DNA of 64,000 nt from Oscillospiraceae bacterium (GCA_902781745.1 CACZKM010000006.1:19192-83191); one strand, 5' to 3'. Counted from the stretch's first letter, positions 9,477 through 20,103 are shown. Numbers and translations are program-made. Notes: generated by a model from the letters alone, not told the origin.

Positions 9477-9501
9477 GGCCTTACAAGGCTATATAAGCCA
9501 C

Positions 9502-9536
9502 AAAAAAGGACCCTTCCACACCCGGAAGGGTCCTTT
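9502..9536. terminator. Bidirectional intrinsic terminator
   Basis: AAAAAAGGACCCTTCC-N6-GGAAGGGTCCTTT. Confidence 0.8.
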
Positions 9537-9565
9537 CGTCTGTTTGGTATTCCGCGGGAGCGCCT

Positions 9566-11026
9566 TTAGCCGCGATTCCACTTGCACCCGCCGGGCACGT
9601 CGGTGAGGACGATACCCTGGGCCTTCAGCTCATCCCGGATGCGGTCGGCCTCGGCGAAATTCTTGGCCTTCTTGGCCTCGTACCGCTGCATCACCAGGGC
9701 GTCGATGGCCGGGTCCCCCTCGCCGGTGATGGCGTAGCCCCCGGCGGTCTGGGTGGAGGCCTTGGCGGCCTCTTCCCGCTTGGCGGCGGCCTTTTGGGTC
9801 AGGTCCAGGCTGAGGACCTGGTCGAAGTCATCCAGGGCGGCCAGCTTGGTGGCGTCGTTGGTCTTGGCCTTCAGGACGTCGTACACCGCCGTCACCGCCA
9901 AGGCGGTGTTCAGGTCGTTGGACAGGGCCTTAGTGAACTTTTCCTTGAGGGCGGCCAGAGCCTCGCCGTCCACCGCCCCGTCGCCGGGCTTGAGGTTGGC
10001 GATGCGAGCAATGAGCTTGTTGAAGGTCCCGGCGGCGTTGTCCAGGTTGTCCCAGGAGAAGACCAGGGCCTTCCGATAGTGACCCTGGAGGCAGAAGAAC
10101 CGGTAGACCAGGGGGTCATATCCCTTTTTCTCCAGCAGGGAGACGGTGAGAAATTCCTGCTTGTCCTGGGTCATCTTGGACTTGGACAGCTTGCCGTTAA
10201 TGTCGTTGAGGTGCGCCACATGGAACCAGTGCCTGCACCAGGGATGGCCAAGGAACGCCTCAGACTGGGCAATCTCATTGGTGTGGTGAGGGAAGGCGTT
10301 GTCCACGCCGCCGCAGTGGAGGTCCAGGTACTCGCCGTTATACTTCATGGAGATGCCGGAGCACTCAATGTGCCAGCCGGGGTAGCCCACGCCCCAGGGG
10401 GAGTCCCATTTCAGGGCCTGGTCCTCAAACTTGGACTTGGTGAACCAGAGGACAAAGTCGTTCCGGTTGCGCTTGTTGGCGTCCTCCTCCACGCCCTCAC
10501 GGACGCCCACCGCCAGGTCCTCCTCGTTGTGGTCGTTGAAGACATAGTAACGATCCAGTGTGGAGGTGTCGAAGTAGACGTTGCCCCCCGCCACATAGGC
10601 GCTGCCCTTTTCGATGAGGCCGGAGACGATCTTGATGTAGTCGTCAATCAGGCCGGTGGCGGGCTGGACGGTATCAGGGATCCTGATGTTGAGCTTTCTG
10701 CAGTCGTCGAAGAAGGCGTCAGTGTAATACTGGGCGATCTCCATGACGGACTTGTGCTCCCGCTTGGCCCCGGTGAGCATCTTGTCCTCGCCCTCGTCGG
10801 CGTCGCTGGACAGGTGGCCCACGTCGGTGATATTCATGACCCGGTTGACGTCATAGCCCACATATTTCAGGGTCTTCTCCAGCACATCCTCCATGATATA
10901 GCTGCGGAGGTTGCCGATGTGGGCGAAGTGGTACACCGTGGGGCCGCAGGTGTACATCTCCACGTGGCCGGGGGTGTGGGTGGTGAATTCCTCTTTTTTA
11001 TGGGTGGCGGAATTATACAGGTACAT
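9566..11026 (-). CDS. cysS: Cysteine--tRNA ligase
   Basis: CGPTVY, HIGN, PGWHIEC, FPHHTNE, KLSKS (KMSKS-like). Confidence 0.97.
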   Translation of the reverse strand: MYLYNSATHKKEEFTTHTPGHVEMYTCGPTVYHFAHIGNLRSYIMEDVLEKTLKYVGYDVNRVMNITDVGHLSSDADEGEDKMLTGAKREHKSVMEIAQYYTDAFFDDCRKLNIRIPDTVQPATGLIDDYIKIVSGLIEKGSAYVAGGNVYFDTSTLDRYYVFNDHNEEDLAVGVREGVEEDANKRNRNDFVLWFTKSKFEDQALKWDSPWGVGYPGWHIECSGISMKYNGEYLDLHCGGVDNAFPHHTNEIAQSEAFLGHPWCRHWFHVAHLNDINGKLSKSKMTQDKQEFLTVSLLEKKGYDPLVYRFFCLQGHYRKALVFSWDNLDNAAGTFNKLIARIANLKPGDGAVDGEALAALKEKFTKALSNDLNTALAVTAVYDVLKAKTNDATKLAALDDFDQVLSLDLTQKAAAKREEAAKASTQTAGGYAITGEGDPAIDALVMQRYEAKKAKNFAEADRIRDELKAQGIVLTDVPGGCKWNRG

Positions 11027-11062
11027 GGATAGTGTCTCCTTCCGTATCAGTTCAAAAGTTCC

Positions 11063-11764
11063 TCATCGTTCGCTCTCGTAGGGCGCCTCCTCCCCGGGCG
11101 CGTCCGGTTCCTTTCCGCGGAGGCCGGCGTAGTATTGGTCGTCCAGCAGCTTTTCCACCAGCTCCAGCCGGGAGGACAGGGCGGAGAGCTTCTCGAACAC
11201 GGGATCGTGGACGTCGATCTGGTCCACCTCGTCGGCGTAGTGGACACTCTCCCCGTGGACCCGGACGATCTGAGCCGGCACGCCCACGGCGGTGCTGTCC
11301 GGAGGCACCTCGCTGAGGACCACGGAGCCGGCGGCGATGCGGGCGTTGTCCCCCACTTTGAAAGGCCCTAAAATTCGGGCGCCGTTGCCCACAAGGACGT
11401 TGTTGCCCAGGGTGGGGTGGCGCTTGCCCTTGTCCTTGCCGGTGCCGCCAAGGGTGACCCCGTGGTAGATCAGACAGTCATCCCCGATTTCAGCGGTCTC
11501 GCCGATGACGATGCCCATGCCGTGGTCGATGACGAAGCGGCGGCCGATCTTAGCCCCGGGGTGGATCTCGATGCCTGTCCAGAACCGGCTCCACTGGGAA
11601 ACCAGCCGGGCCACAAAGAAGCAGCCGTGTTCATAGAAAAAATGGGCGATGCGGTGGTTGATGGTGGCATGGACGCCGGGGTACAGGAGGAAAACCTCCA
11701 GCTTGCTCCGGGCCGCCGGGTCGCGGGCCTGGTAGGCCGCCAGGGTTTCGATCAAATGGGGCAA
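11063..11764 (-). CDS. cysE: Serine O-acetyltransferase (TTG start)
   Basis: RDPAA, GIEIHPGA, IDHGMG, GVTLGGTG, RHPT motifs. Confidence 0.96.
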   Translation of the reverse strand: MPHLIETLAAYQARDPAARSKLEVFLLYPGVHATINHRIAHFFYEHGCFFVARLVSQWSRFWTGIEIHPGAKIGRRFVIDHGMGIVIGETAEIGDDCLIYHGVTLGGTGKDKGKRHPTLGNNVLVGNGARILGPFKVGDNARIAAGSVVLSEVPPDSTAVGVPAQIVRVHGESVHYADEVDQIDVHDPVFEKLSALSSRLELVEKLLDDQYYAGLRGKEPDAPGEEAPYESER

Positions 11765-11814
11765 AGGACCCTCACCTCACAACTTGCTGGGATAGAAGAA
11801 AACGGACTGGGTAA

Positions 11815-12046
11815 CAAAAAAACCTCCCGACCATACTGGTCAAGAGGCGATATCACTCGCGGTTCCACTCTCGTTTCTCACTCAAAAAGCCGGTAACGGC
11901 GGCTGGCCGGAGGGCGTCTGCATCCCCCTCGCTCCCGGGCGCACTTCCCATGGTTCCCCGTAAGGCGGCTTGCAGCCGGTGACCGCCCCTCTCTGGCCGG
12001 TTGTCCCGTGGTACTCTTCCCGTTCAACGCGATGTTCAGTTTTACG
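11815..12046 (-). ncRNA. Cysteine T-box riboswitch leader
   Basis: T-box AGAGTGGAACCGCG (11871-11858) then terminator hairpin and U run; specifier UGC (Cys) at 11943-11941; AGAGA and GCTG motifs in stem I; promoter TTGACA-N17-TAATAT 12081-12053. Confidence 0.93.
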
Positions 12047-12287
12047 AACAGTATATTACCACGGGGCGGGAAAGGTGTCAAGGGCCGGAAGAAAAATGCT
12101 CCGAAGCGGATTCCAGACTAGGGCTTGTTTGAAAAACGTCAATATGCCCACTGGCAGGCCTGTTTCCACCATATTTCGCCAAATTTTCTTGAAATCCATA
12201 CAGGATTCCTGCGAAAAAACGCCCCCGCCGGATGGCGGGGGCGAAATATTACCACTTTGGAGTGATAGAGGATTTGATCAAGTCAAA

Positions 12288-13508
12288 TTACTTGCCAGCA
12301 ACCTCGTTGATGGACTTGGACAGTCTCTCAACAGCCAGATCGCAGTCAACAGCACGGATGATCAGCGGGGGCACCATACGGATGATGTTGGAGCCGATAG
12401 CGGTGACCAGCAGGTGGTTGTCGATGCAGTGATGCTTGACCTCGACGGAATTGATGCCATCCTCGAGCTCGACGCCGACGAACAGGCCGCGATGACGGAC
12501 AGCCTTCACGTGAGGCATCTTGGCCAGCTCGGCAGCGAAGTAGTCGCCGACGATCTTGGCGTTCTTGGGAGCGTCGATGCGGAGCATCTCACGCAGCTGA
12601 GCCAGGGAAGCGGCGCAAGCCACAGGATGGCCAGCGTAGGTGGAGCCGTGGGAGCCGGGGGTGAAAGCGGAAGCCAGCTCGTTGGTGGCGCAGACAGCAG
12701 CGATAGGCATGCCGCCGCCCATAGCCTTAGCCATGGAGACGCCGTCGGGCTTCACGCCATAGGACTGATAGCACATGAAGGTGCCGCAACGGCCCCAGCC
12801 AGCCTGGACTTCGTCCAGCAGGAACATGATGCCCTTGTCGTCGCACAGCTTACGGATGCCCTGGATGAACTCATCGGTAGCGGGATACACGCCGCCCTCG
12901 CCCTGGACAGGCTCGAACATGATGGCGCAGGTGTTGGGGCCGATGGCTTCCTCAAAGGCCTTCAGGTTGTTGTACTCGGCATACTTAAAGCCGACAGGCA
13001 GGGTACCGAAACCCTTATGGATGGCGGAGTCGGGCTGACCGGTAGCGGTCATGGCGCCGAGGGTACGGCCGTGGAAGGACTTCTTAGCGGTGATGATCTC
13101 GAAGTGGTCGGGACCATAGTGGTCAACGCCATACTTACGAGCCATCTTGATCATAGCCTCGTTGGCCTCAGAACCGGAGTTCTGATAGATGATCTTGTCC
13201 ATGCCAGCGGCTTCGCAGATCTCCTTGGACAGGACAGCCTGAGGAACGGTGTAGGGATAGTTGAAGGTGTGCATGATGTCCTGGACCTGGTCGATAACAG
13301 CGGCAACGACCTTGGGGTTGCAGCTACCCAGGGCGTTAACAGCGATGCCGGCATAGAAGTCCAGATAAGGAACGCCGTTCTCATCATACATATAGATGCC
13401 GTCAGCAGTCTCAGCCACGAAATCCATACGCTCATAGGTCTCGATCATGTACTTCTTGACCTGGGCCTTCAGTTCAGCAGCGTCCTTGAAGTTGTCTTTC
13501 AGTCTCAT
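12288..13508 (-). CDS. Class III PLP aminotransferase (acetylornithine aminotransferase-like)
   Basis: YLDFYAGIAV, NSGSEANE, FHGRT, EPVQGEGG, DEVQAGWGR, MAKAMGGG; RBS GGAGG; terminator 12214-12243. Confidence 0.9.
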   Translation of the reverse strand: MRLKDNFKDAAELKAQVKKYMIETYERMDFVAETADGIYMYDENGVPYLDFYAGIAVNALGSCNPKVVAAVIDQVQDIMHTFNYPYTVPQAVLSKEICEAAGMDKIIYQNSGSEANEAMIKMARKYGVDHYGPDHFEIITAKKSFHGRTLGAMTATGQPDSAIHKGFGTLPVGFKYAEYNNLKAFEEAIGPNTCAIMFEPVQGEGGVYPATDEFIQGIRKLCDDKGIMFLLDEVQAGWGRCGTFMCYQSYGVKPDGVSMAKAMGGGMPIAAVCATNELASAFTPGSHGSTYAGHPVACAASLAQLREMLRIDAPKNAKIVGDYFAAELAKMPHVKAVRHRGLFVGVELEDGINSVEVKHHCIDNHLLVTAIGSNIIRMVPPLIIRAVDCDLAVERLSKSINEVAGK

Positions 13509-14064
13509 AGTAAATTCCTCCCATATAAATATATTGGAATTTTTCCGGCCCTGCAAACCAGGTGCCGGTATTCTCAACAGCCGGCTACTCAATCCGAGCT
13601 GTTTTGAATGGCAGCAGCAGGAAATGAACCGTTTTCGGAGCTCTCCTGTAACTTGTGCCCATGATAACACCATTTTCTGAAAAATGAAATACACCTTTTG
13701 CACAAATTATTGCCCTGTGTTTTTGGCATTCCGCCCCCCTGCTTCGCAAGATTACCTGCATTTCCCCGGAATTTCTTCCTTGCGCTTTTTATATTTTTGA
13801 GAAAATCCCAGGCAAAACTTCCAATTTGTTGAATTTCTCTCCCCCTTTTTGCCCAAAATCACAAAAATGGGCCCCGGTTTTGGTCATTTTGTCCTTCGTC
13901 AATTTGCACAAACGAAATTTTTCCGTTCTTTTTCCTCTTGTGCCATTTCATCATGTGTCCCGTATCTCCCTCGGCGGCGGGGCCATTGCCTTTCCCGCCC
14001 GTTCCTGCTACAATGGGGAATACCGTGCAAGACACTATATAGAGTATTAGGAAGTGAACCAGCC

Positions 14065-15135
14065 ATGTCATCCCAGCCCATCCCCCACACCGACAACGTC
14101 TCCCTGGCCCCCGGCGGCGGGGCCGTCCGCATCCTGGACCAGAGCCTGCTGCCCGGCGAAACGGTCTATCTGGACCTTTCCGCCCCGGAGGAGCTCTACG
14201 AAGCCATAGCCTCCCTCCGGGTCCGGGGGGCCCCCGCCATCGGCATCTTCGCCGGGTATGCCCTTTACGTCCTTTCCCTCCGCCCCGGGGCGGAGGACTT
14301 CCCCGCTTTCCTGGCCCGTTGCCGGGAGGACCGGGACTATCTCAATGCCTCCCGCCCCACGGCGGTGAACCTCCAGCACATGCTGGACCGCACCCTGGCG
14401 GCGGCGGAGGGGGCCTCCTCCATCAAGGAAGCCCGGGCCGCCATGCAGGAGACCGCCTTTGCCATCCACCGGGAGGATATTGAAATGTGCCGGGCCATCT
14501 CGGAATACGGCCTGTCCCTGGTGAAGGACGGCGACGGGGTCCTCACCCACTGCAACGCCGGGCCCCTGGCCACCTCGAAATACGGCACGGGGCTGGGCCC
14601 CCTGTTCCTCTCCAGGGAGCGGGGCATGACCCTACACGCCTGGGTGGACGAGACCCGGCCCCTCCTCCAGGGAGCCCGGCTCACCGCCTACGAGCTCCAG
14701 CGGGCGGGGGTGGACTGCACCCTCATCTGCGACAACATGGCAAGCCTGGTCATGAAGGAGGGGAAGATCAACGCCTGCTTCGTGGGCTGCGACCGGGTGG
14801 CCGCCAACGGGGACACCGCCAATAAGATCGGCACCTCCGGGGTGGCCATTCTGGCCAAGCACTACGGCATCCCCTTCTACGTCCTGGGGCCCTCCTCCAC
14901 CATCGACTTCACCTGCCCCGACGGGGCCCACATCCCCATCGAGCTGCGGGACGGAGGGGAGATCAAGGAGAAGTTCTTCGCCAAGCCCTCCTCCCTGCCG
15001 GAGGTCAAGTGCTACAACCCCGCCTTTGACGTCACCGACCACAGCCTCATCACCGCCATCGTCACGGAAAAAGGGGTGTGCTATCCCCCCTTTGATGAGA
15101 GCTTCGCCGCCCTCTTCGGGCGAAAGGAGGACTGA
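14065..15135 (+). CDS. mtnA: S-methyl-5-thioribose-1-phosphate isomerase
   Basis: [57 protein letters not shown]. Confidence 0.95.
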   Translation: MSSQPIPHTDNVSLAPGGGAVRILDQSLLPGETVYLDLSAPEELYEAIASLRVRGAPAIGIFAGYALYVLSLRPGAEDFPAFLARCREDRDYLNASRPTAVNLQHMLDRTLAAAEGASSIKEARAAMQETAFAIHREDIEMCRAISEYGLSLVKDGDGVLTHCNAGPLATSKYGTGLGPLFLSRERGMTLHAWVDETRPLLQGARLTAYELQRAGVDCTLICDNMASLVMKEGKINACFVGCDRVAANGDTANKIGTSGVAILAKHYGIPFYVLGPSSTIDFTCPDGAHIPIELRDGGEIKEKFFAKPSSLPEVKCYNPAFDVTDHSLITAIVTEKGVCYPPFDESFAALFGRKED

Positions 15136-15138
15136 GCC

Positions 15139-15795
15139 ATGTCCGTACCCTATCCCACCGACGCCCAGGCCAAGGCCGAGATCCTGGAGGCCGGGCGGCG
15201 CATCTACCAGCGGGGCCTGGTGGCCGCCAACGACGGCAACCTCTCCGTCCGGGTGGGGGAAAACGCCCTGTGGGTGACCCCCACCGGGGTCTCCAAGGGG
15301 TCTATGACCGAGGAGATGCTGGTGAAGCTGGACCTGGAGGGCAATGTCCTCATGGGCACCCGGAAGCCCTCCTCCGAGGTCAAAATGCACCTGCGGATCT
15401 ACCGGGAGGACCCGGAGGTCCGGGCGGTGGTCCACGCCCATCCCCCCGCCGCCACGGCCTTCGCCTGCGCGGGGATCCCCCTGGATAACCCCCTCCTCCA
15501 GGAGGCGGTGGTCCAGCTTGGGCCGGTGCCCGTGGCCCCCTTCGCCCTGCCGGGGTCCCAGGGGGTGGCGGACAGCGTGGCCCCCTACTGCCGGACCTGC
15601 CGGGGGCTTCTGCTGGAATTCCACGGGGCGGTGACCTGGGGGGACTCCATGCAGCAGGCCCACTACCGGCTGGAGTGCCTGGAGCAGACCGCCCTGGTGA
15701 CCCTCCACCTGCGGACCCTGGGCTGTCAGCGGAAGATGCCGCCGGAGCTGGTCCGGGACCTGGAAGCTCTGCGGCCCGCCTGGGGGATCCGATAA
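15139..15795 (+). CDS. Class II aldolase/adducin family protein
   Basis: DGNLSVR, TPTG, PSSE..MH, VVHAHP, HG metal motifs; 3 bp after mtnA; bidirectional terminator 15805-15847. Confidence 0.9.
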   Translation: MSVPYPTDAQAKAEILEAGRRIYQRGLVAANDGNLSVRVGENALWVTPTGVSKGSMTEEMLVKLDLEGNVLMGTRKPSSEVKMHLRIYREDPEVRAVVHAHPPAATAFACAGIPLDNPLLQEAVVQLGPVPVAPFALPGSQGVADSVAPYCRTCRGLLLEFHGAVTWGDSMQQAHYRLECLEQTALVTLHLRTLGCQRKMPPELVRDLEALRPAWGIR

Positions 15796-15861
15796 CACGA
15801 TACCATAATAAAAACGGCACAGCGCTGGCTGTGCCGTTTTTATTATCCGCTTTAATCTGGC

Positions 15862-17193
15862 TTACTCGTTTTCCACGGGGTTGCTCTCGGCCACCGCCAT
15901 GTGGCCCTGGACCACGCCCATGTGGTCATCGCCGTCGCCCGCCTCGGCCTCGTCCTGGTTGCTGCGGGTGTTGTTGATGTACTCCTGGAGAATGGCCTTG
16001 TTCTGCTCCAGGTCGGGCACCAGAACCTCCATGCCGTTGATGTTCTTCATCTGGTAGGTGCCCTCGGCGGGGAGGCGGTTGCTCTCAATGTTGTTCACCC
16101 CGTCCCCGGCCAGCATATAGGCGTAGGACAGCAGGTCGGTCCCCCGGATGTCGGTGGTGATGTAGGGGGCCACGCTGTCGATGAGGGACAGGAGCTGGGG
16201 CACGCTGCAGTTCTTCACCTGCTGGTAGCAGGTCATAAGGACCTTCCGCTGCCGCTCGGTGCGGTCAAAGTCGGAGTTGCCCAGGTGGCGCATCCGGGCG
16301 TAGCATAGGAACTGGTTGGGGGTCAGGGTGTTCCAGCCGGGCTGGAGGTCCCAGGTCTCCCCGATGTCGGCCCAGCCGTATTCCGGGTGGGCGTTCATGT
16401 AGTCGGCCTCCTCCTCGGTGAGCTCCATCTGCATATTGCCCAGGGAGGCCACCGCCTCAATGAAGCCGCCGAAGTCGATGCTGACGTACCCGTCCACCCG
16501 GACGCCGAAGTCCTCCTGGATGGTCTTCTCCAGCAGCTCCACGCCGCCCCGGGAGAAGGCGCTGTTGATGCGGTTATCTTTATACCCCGGGATGGGGACG
16601 TACATATCCCGCATGAAGGAGGTGAGGATGACCTCGTGGGTGTCGGGGTTGAGGGTGCAGAGGATCATGCTGTCCGACCGCTGGCCGGTCTCCCCCTCGG
16701 TGCGGGAGTCCTCTCCCACCAGGAGGATGTTGGTGAGTTTGTCCACCTTCTTGATGTTCTCCCCCTGGGAGGCCTCCGCGTCCCCGGGGACGAAGTTGAT
16801 CTTCCCCATGACATGGTGGAAGTAGGCCGCCCCCGCCGCCAGGGCACAGAGGACCACCAGCAGGAGGACCAGCAGGACGGTCTTGACCCGGGAGCGGCGC
16901 CTGCGCCGTCTTCTCTTTTTGGGGGGCTGGCCCCGGGGGCGCTGGCCGCCGGACCGGGGAGGCTGGGAGGAGGGCCGCCAGGGGGACGCGCCGCCGCCGG
17001 ACCGAGGGGGCTCCCGCTGGCTGTTGAACCAGGGAAAGTCGTCGTCCGGCTCGTCCGGCTCCTGGGTCGGCGGAGCTCCGTACTCCGCGGTCATGTCCTC
17101 GATGAAGGGGCCCTCGTCCCAGGAAGACAGATCCTCGATGAAGGGCCCGTCGTCCCAGTTCTCCTGGTCCCAGTCAAATCGTTCGTTATCCAT
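15862..17193 (-). CDS. LCP (LytR-CpsA-Psr) family cell-wall polymer ligase
   Basis: NILLVGED, RSDSMIL, SFMRD, RINSAF, YARMR, DFDRTERQR; poly-Arg plus one TM; acidic N-terminal repeat WDxGPFIED x2. Confidence 0.93.
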   Translation of the reverse strand: MDNERFDWDQENWDDGPFIEDLSSWDEGPFIEDMTAEYGAPPTQEPDEPDDDFPWFNSQREPPRSGGGASPWRPSSQPPRSGGQRPRGQPPKKRRRRRRRSRVKTVLLVLLLVVLCALAAGAAYFHHVMGKINFVPGDAEASQGENIKKVDKLTNILLVGEDSRTEGETGQRSDSMILCTLNPDTHEVILTSFMRDMYVPIPGYKDNRINSAFSRGGVELLEKTIQEDFGVRVDGYVSIDFGGFIEAVASLGNMQMELTEEEADYMNAHPEYGWADIGETWDLQPGWNTLTPNQFLCYARMRHLGNSDFDRTERQRKVLMTCYQQVKNCSVPQLLSLIDSVAPYITTDIRGTDLLSYAYMLAGDGVNNIESNRLPAEGTYQMKNINGMEVLVPDLEQNKAILQEYINNTRSNQDEAEAGDGDDHMGVVQGHMAVAESNPVENE

Positions 17194-17518
17194 GGGAATC
17201 TCCCTACCAAATAAACAAAGTATTCCATCCCGGGTCTTTCTTCTCCTGGGGGCCGGTCCCGCCGGCCCCTTCTCTCTCCATCCCGGGGATACAGCTTATC
17301 TATACTACTGGATTTCCCCGGAATGGTCAAGGGCTCAAATGTAAATTTTTCAGCACACGGGGAGAAAGTGTCCCGTTTTTCGCAAAAAAACTTTGCAAAA
17401 TCCGCCGGGACCGACGGGATGGGGCGCCTCCGCAAGTTTTTCTTCCCCCGGTCATCCCTTTTATGCTATACTGGAAAAAAACTGTCCGCCCATCCCTATG
17501 CAAAGGAGCGTGACCGCC

Positions 17519-19555
17519 TTGAAACGAACCCTCCGCCGGGCCGCCGCCTGGGTCCTCACCCTGGCCCTGGCCCTCTCCCTCACCGTCTCCGCCTCCGCCG
17601 CCGGGTGGTTCGACCCGCCGGACACCTCCGGGGCGGGGGTCCTGCTGATGGACGCGGGCACCGGGAAGGTCTACTTCGCCCGGAACCCCGACGTGGCCCG
17701 CCCCGCCGCCAGCATGACCAAGCTCATGAGCCTCTATCTCGTCTTCCAGGCCATCGACGACGGACGGCTCTCCCTGGACCAAACCATCCCCTGCTCCAAC
17801 CGGGCCTCGGTGGTCTCACGGACCGCCGGCTACTCCGGCCACGAGAACCTGACCGAGGGCCAGGAGTACCCCCTGGAGGACCTGATCAAGCTGGTGATGA
17901 CCGCCTCCTGCAACGGGTCCATGATCGCCATGGCGGAATATCTGGCGGGAGATGAGGCCGCCTTCGTGGAGCAGATGAATGCCACCGCCGCCGCCTGGGG
18001 CATCGACGCCTCCTTCGCTGACTGCTGCGGCCTGAAGGACGCGGGCAACGCCGTCTCCCCCCGGGCCATGGCAGAGATCGCCCGGCGGCTCCTGACGGAC
18101 CACCCGGAGATTTTAAACTACTCCACCCTGAAAAGCACCGTCTTTGAGGGCCGGACCTATACCTCCACCAACACCCTGCTGCGGGACGGGTCCCTGCCGG
18201 GGATCGACGGCCTGAAGACCGGCTACACCGGCGGGGCGAAATACTGCTTCACCGGCACCGCCCTCCGGGACGGCACCCGGATGCTCTCGGTCCTCATGGG
18301 GACCACCTCCTCCGCCAAGCGGATGAGCGAGAGCCAGGCTCTGCTGGAGTACGCCTTTACCCGGAAGGACCAACTTGCCCGGCTGGCCCAGGCGGACCGG
18401 GATTTCACCGTGGATATTTCCTCCAGCCGGGACACCCTGGTGCCCTACAGCCAGGCCACCCTCACCGCCAGGGTGTCGGGCTACGACGCCCCCCAATCCG
18501 TCCCCTGCGAGATCACCTGGCTGGTGGGCGGCCAGACCGTATCCCCCCAGGCCGACCGGGTGTGGGTGGAGGACGGGGCAGCGTCGAAGATCACCTTCCG
18601 ACCCCGGGCCCTGGACAGCGCCGAGGTGGCCGTCCGGCTCCGGTTCCCTGACGGGTCGGTGGCCGAGGCCAGGAAGGTCATGCCCGTCTCCACTGAGGAC
18701 CTGGGCCTCACCGTCAAGGTCTCCGCCGCCAAGTCGGTCCTTCGGAAGAATGAGAGCCTGAAGGCTGCCTGCAACGTCGTCAGCCCCCAGAACTATGACC
18801 TCTCCTTCGCCGCCGGGTGGTATCTGGACGGCAAGGCCCTGGCAGAAGGCCAGCGGACCGATTTTGCCATCAGCCCCGCGGGCACCGACGTCATCACCCT
18901 TCAGGGGGCGGACCTCTCTGTGGGAAGCCACACCCTGGAGTTCCGGTGCAACACCGGCAGGCTCCCCCGGCTGGACCAGACCAAGGCCAGCCTGACCTTC
19001 ACCGTCCGGGACCTGTCCTCAGACTGGGCCGCCGAGACCATTGAATCCGCCATCGCCGCAGACCTGGTCCCCGCCGCCCTCCAAAAGGGGTACACCAAGG
19101 CCATCACCCGGCAGCAGGCCGCCCAGATGTTCGTCTCCCTGCTGGAGAAGAAGGCCGGGAAGCCCATCGCCGATCTTCTCAAGGCAAAGGGGGTCACGGC
19201 GGACCCCAACGCCTTCACCGACACCAAGGACCCCGCCGTCCTGGCCTGCAGCGCCCTGGGCATCCTCAAGGGCACCGCCCCCGGGGTCTTCGCCCCCAAC
19301 GCCACCCTCACCCGGGCCCAGGCCGCCGCCATCCTCAACCGGGCCGCCGGGGTCCTGGGGATCTCCACCGCCGGGTACCGCCACAGCTTCACCGACGTAA
19401 AGGGCCACTGGGCCGACGGGGAGCTGGGCTGGGCGGCCGCCAAGGGGGTCCTGGCCGGGGTGGGGAACAACCTCTTCGACCCCGAGGGTCTGCTGACCAA
19501 CGAGCAGACCATCGCCATCGTCTGGCGGGCCTTCGGCGTGCTGGGGCAGCCCTGA
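17519..19555 (+). CDS. D-alanyl-D-alanine carboxypeptidase (S11) with C-terminal SLH domains (TTG start)
   Basis: SMTK (SxxK), SCN (SxN), KTG; ITRQQAA and LTRAQAA SLH motifs; signal peptide. Confidence 0.9.
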   Translation: MKRTLRRAAAWVLTLALALSLTVSASAAGWFDPPDTSGAGVLLMDAGTGKVYFARNPDVARPAASMTKLMSLYLVFQAIDDGRLSLDQTIPCSNRASVVSRTAGYSGHENLTEGQEYPLEDLIKLVMTASCNGSMIAMAEYLAGDEAAFVEQMNATAAAWGIDASFADCCGLKDAGNAVSPRAMAEIARRLLTDHPEILNYSTLKSTVFEGRTYTSTNTLLRDGSLPGIDGLKTGYTGGAKYCFTGTALRDGTRMLSVLMGTTSSAKRMSESQALLEYAFTRKDQLARLAQADRDFTVDISSSRDTLVPYSQATLTARVSGYDAPQSVPCEITWLVGGQTVSPQADRVWVEDGAASKITFRPRALDSAEVAVRLRFPDGSVAEARKVMPVSTEDLGLTVKVSAAKSVLRKNESLKAACNVVSPQNYDLSFAAGWYLDGKALAEGQRTDFAISPAGTDVITLQGADLSVGSHTLEFRCNTGRLPRLDQTKASLTFTVRDLSSDWAAETIESAIAADLVPAALQKGYTKAITRQQAAQMFVSLLEKKAGKPIADLLKAKGVTADPNAFTDTKDPAVLACSALGILKGTAPGVFAPNATLTRAQAAAILNRAAGVLGISTAGYRHSFTDVKGHWADGELGWAAAKGVLAGVGNNLFDPEGLLTNEQTIAIVWRAFGVLGQP

Positions 19556-19688
19556 GCAGGCTTCTTGAAATTTAATTGCATAAAATCGAATTTTCTATTG
19601 CGTTTCCCTCGCACGGAGATTATAATGGAGGCAGAATAGACAGGACGCCGTCCTGCACCCTGCGGAATCGTACAAGGAGGTACTGAAT

Positions 19689-20078
19689 ATGGACGCCAAC
19701 GTCAAGAAAGTATTTGAAGAGAGCCCCTGGTTCCTGGCCACCTGCGGGGACGAGCCCCATGTGGTGCCTGTGGGCTTCAAGTGCATCACCGAGGACAACA
19801 AGTTCGCCATCGGCGCGGTGCTGCTGGACACCACCCTGACCAACCTCCGGGCTAACGGCAAGATCGCCATCGCCGCCTGCGTGGGGGCGGAGGCCTATCA
19901 GGTGAAGGGCACCGCGGAGCTGGTCACCGACGGCCCCATCTATGATTATTTTGCGAAGATGGCGGAGGACACCTTCAAGGGAGCCCATCCGGCCAAGTGC
20001 GCCATTATTGTGACGCCGACGCAGATGATCGTCAATTCTCCCAATGGGGATAATAATAAGTCCATTTCCTGGGCGTGA
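19689..20078 (+). CDS. Pyridoxamine 5'-phosphate oxidase-like FMN-binding protein
   Basis: LATC..PHVVPV, TLTNL..N, YQVKG split-barrel pattern; RBS AAGGAGG. Confidence 0.85.
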   Translation: MDANVKKVFEESPWFLATCGDEPHVVPVGFKCITEDNKFAIGAVLLDTTLTNLRANGKIAIAACVGAEAYQVKGTAELVTDGPIYDYFAKMAEDTFKGAHPAKCAIIVTPTQMIVNSPNGDNNKSISWA

Positions 20079-20103
20079 GGTTGACGGCTGAGGCGCGGTG
20101 TAT

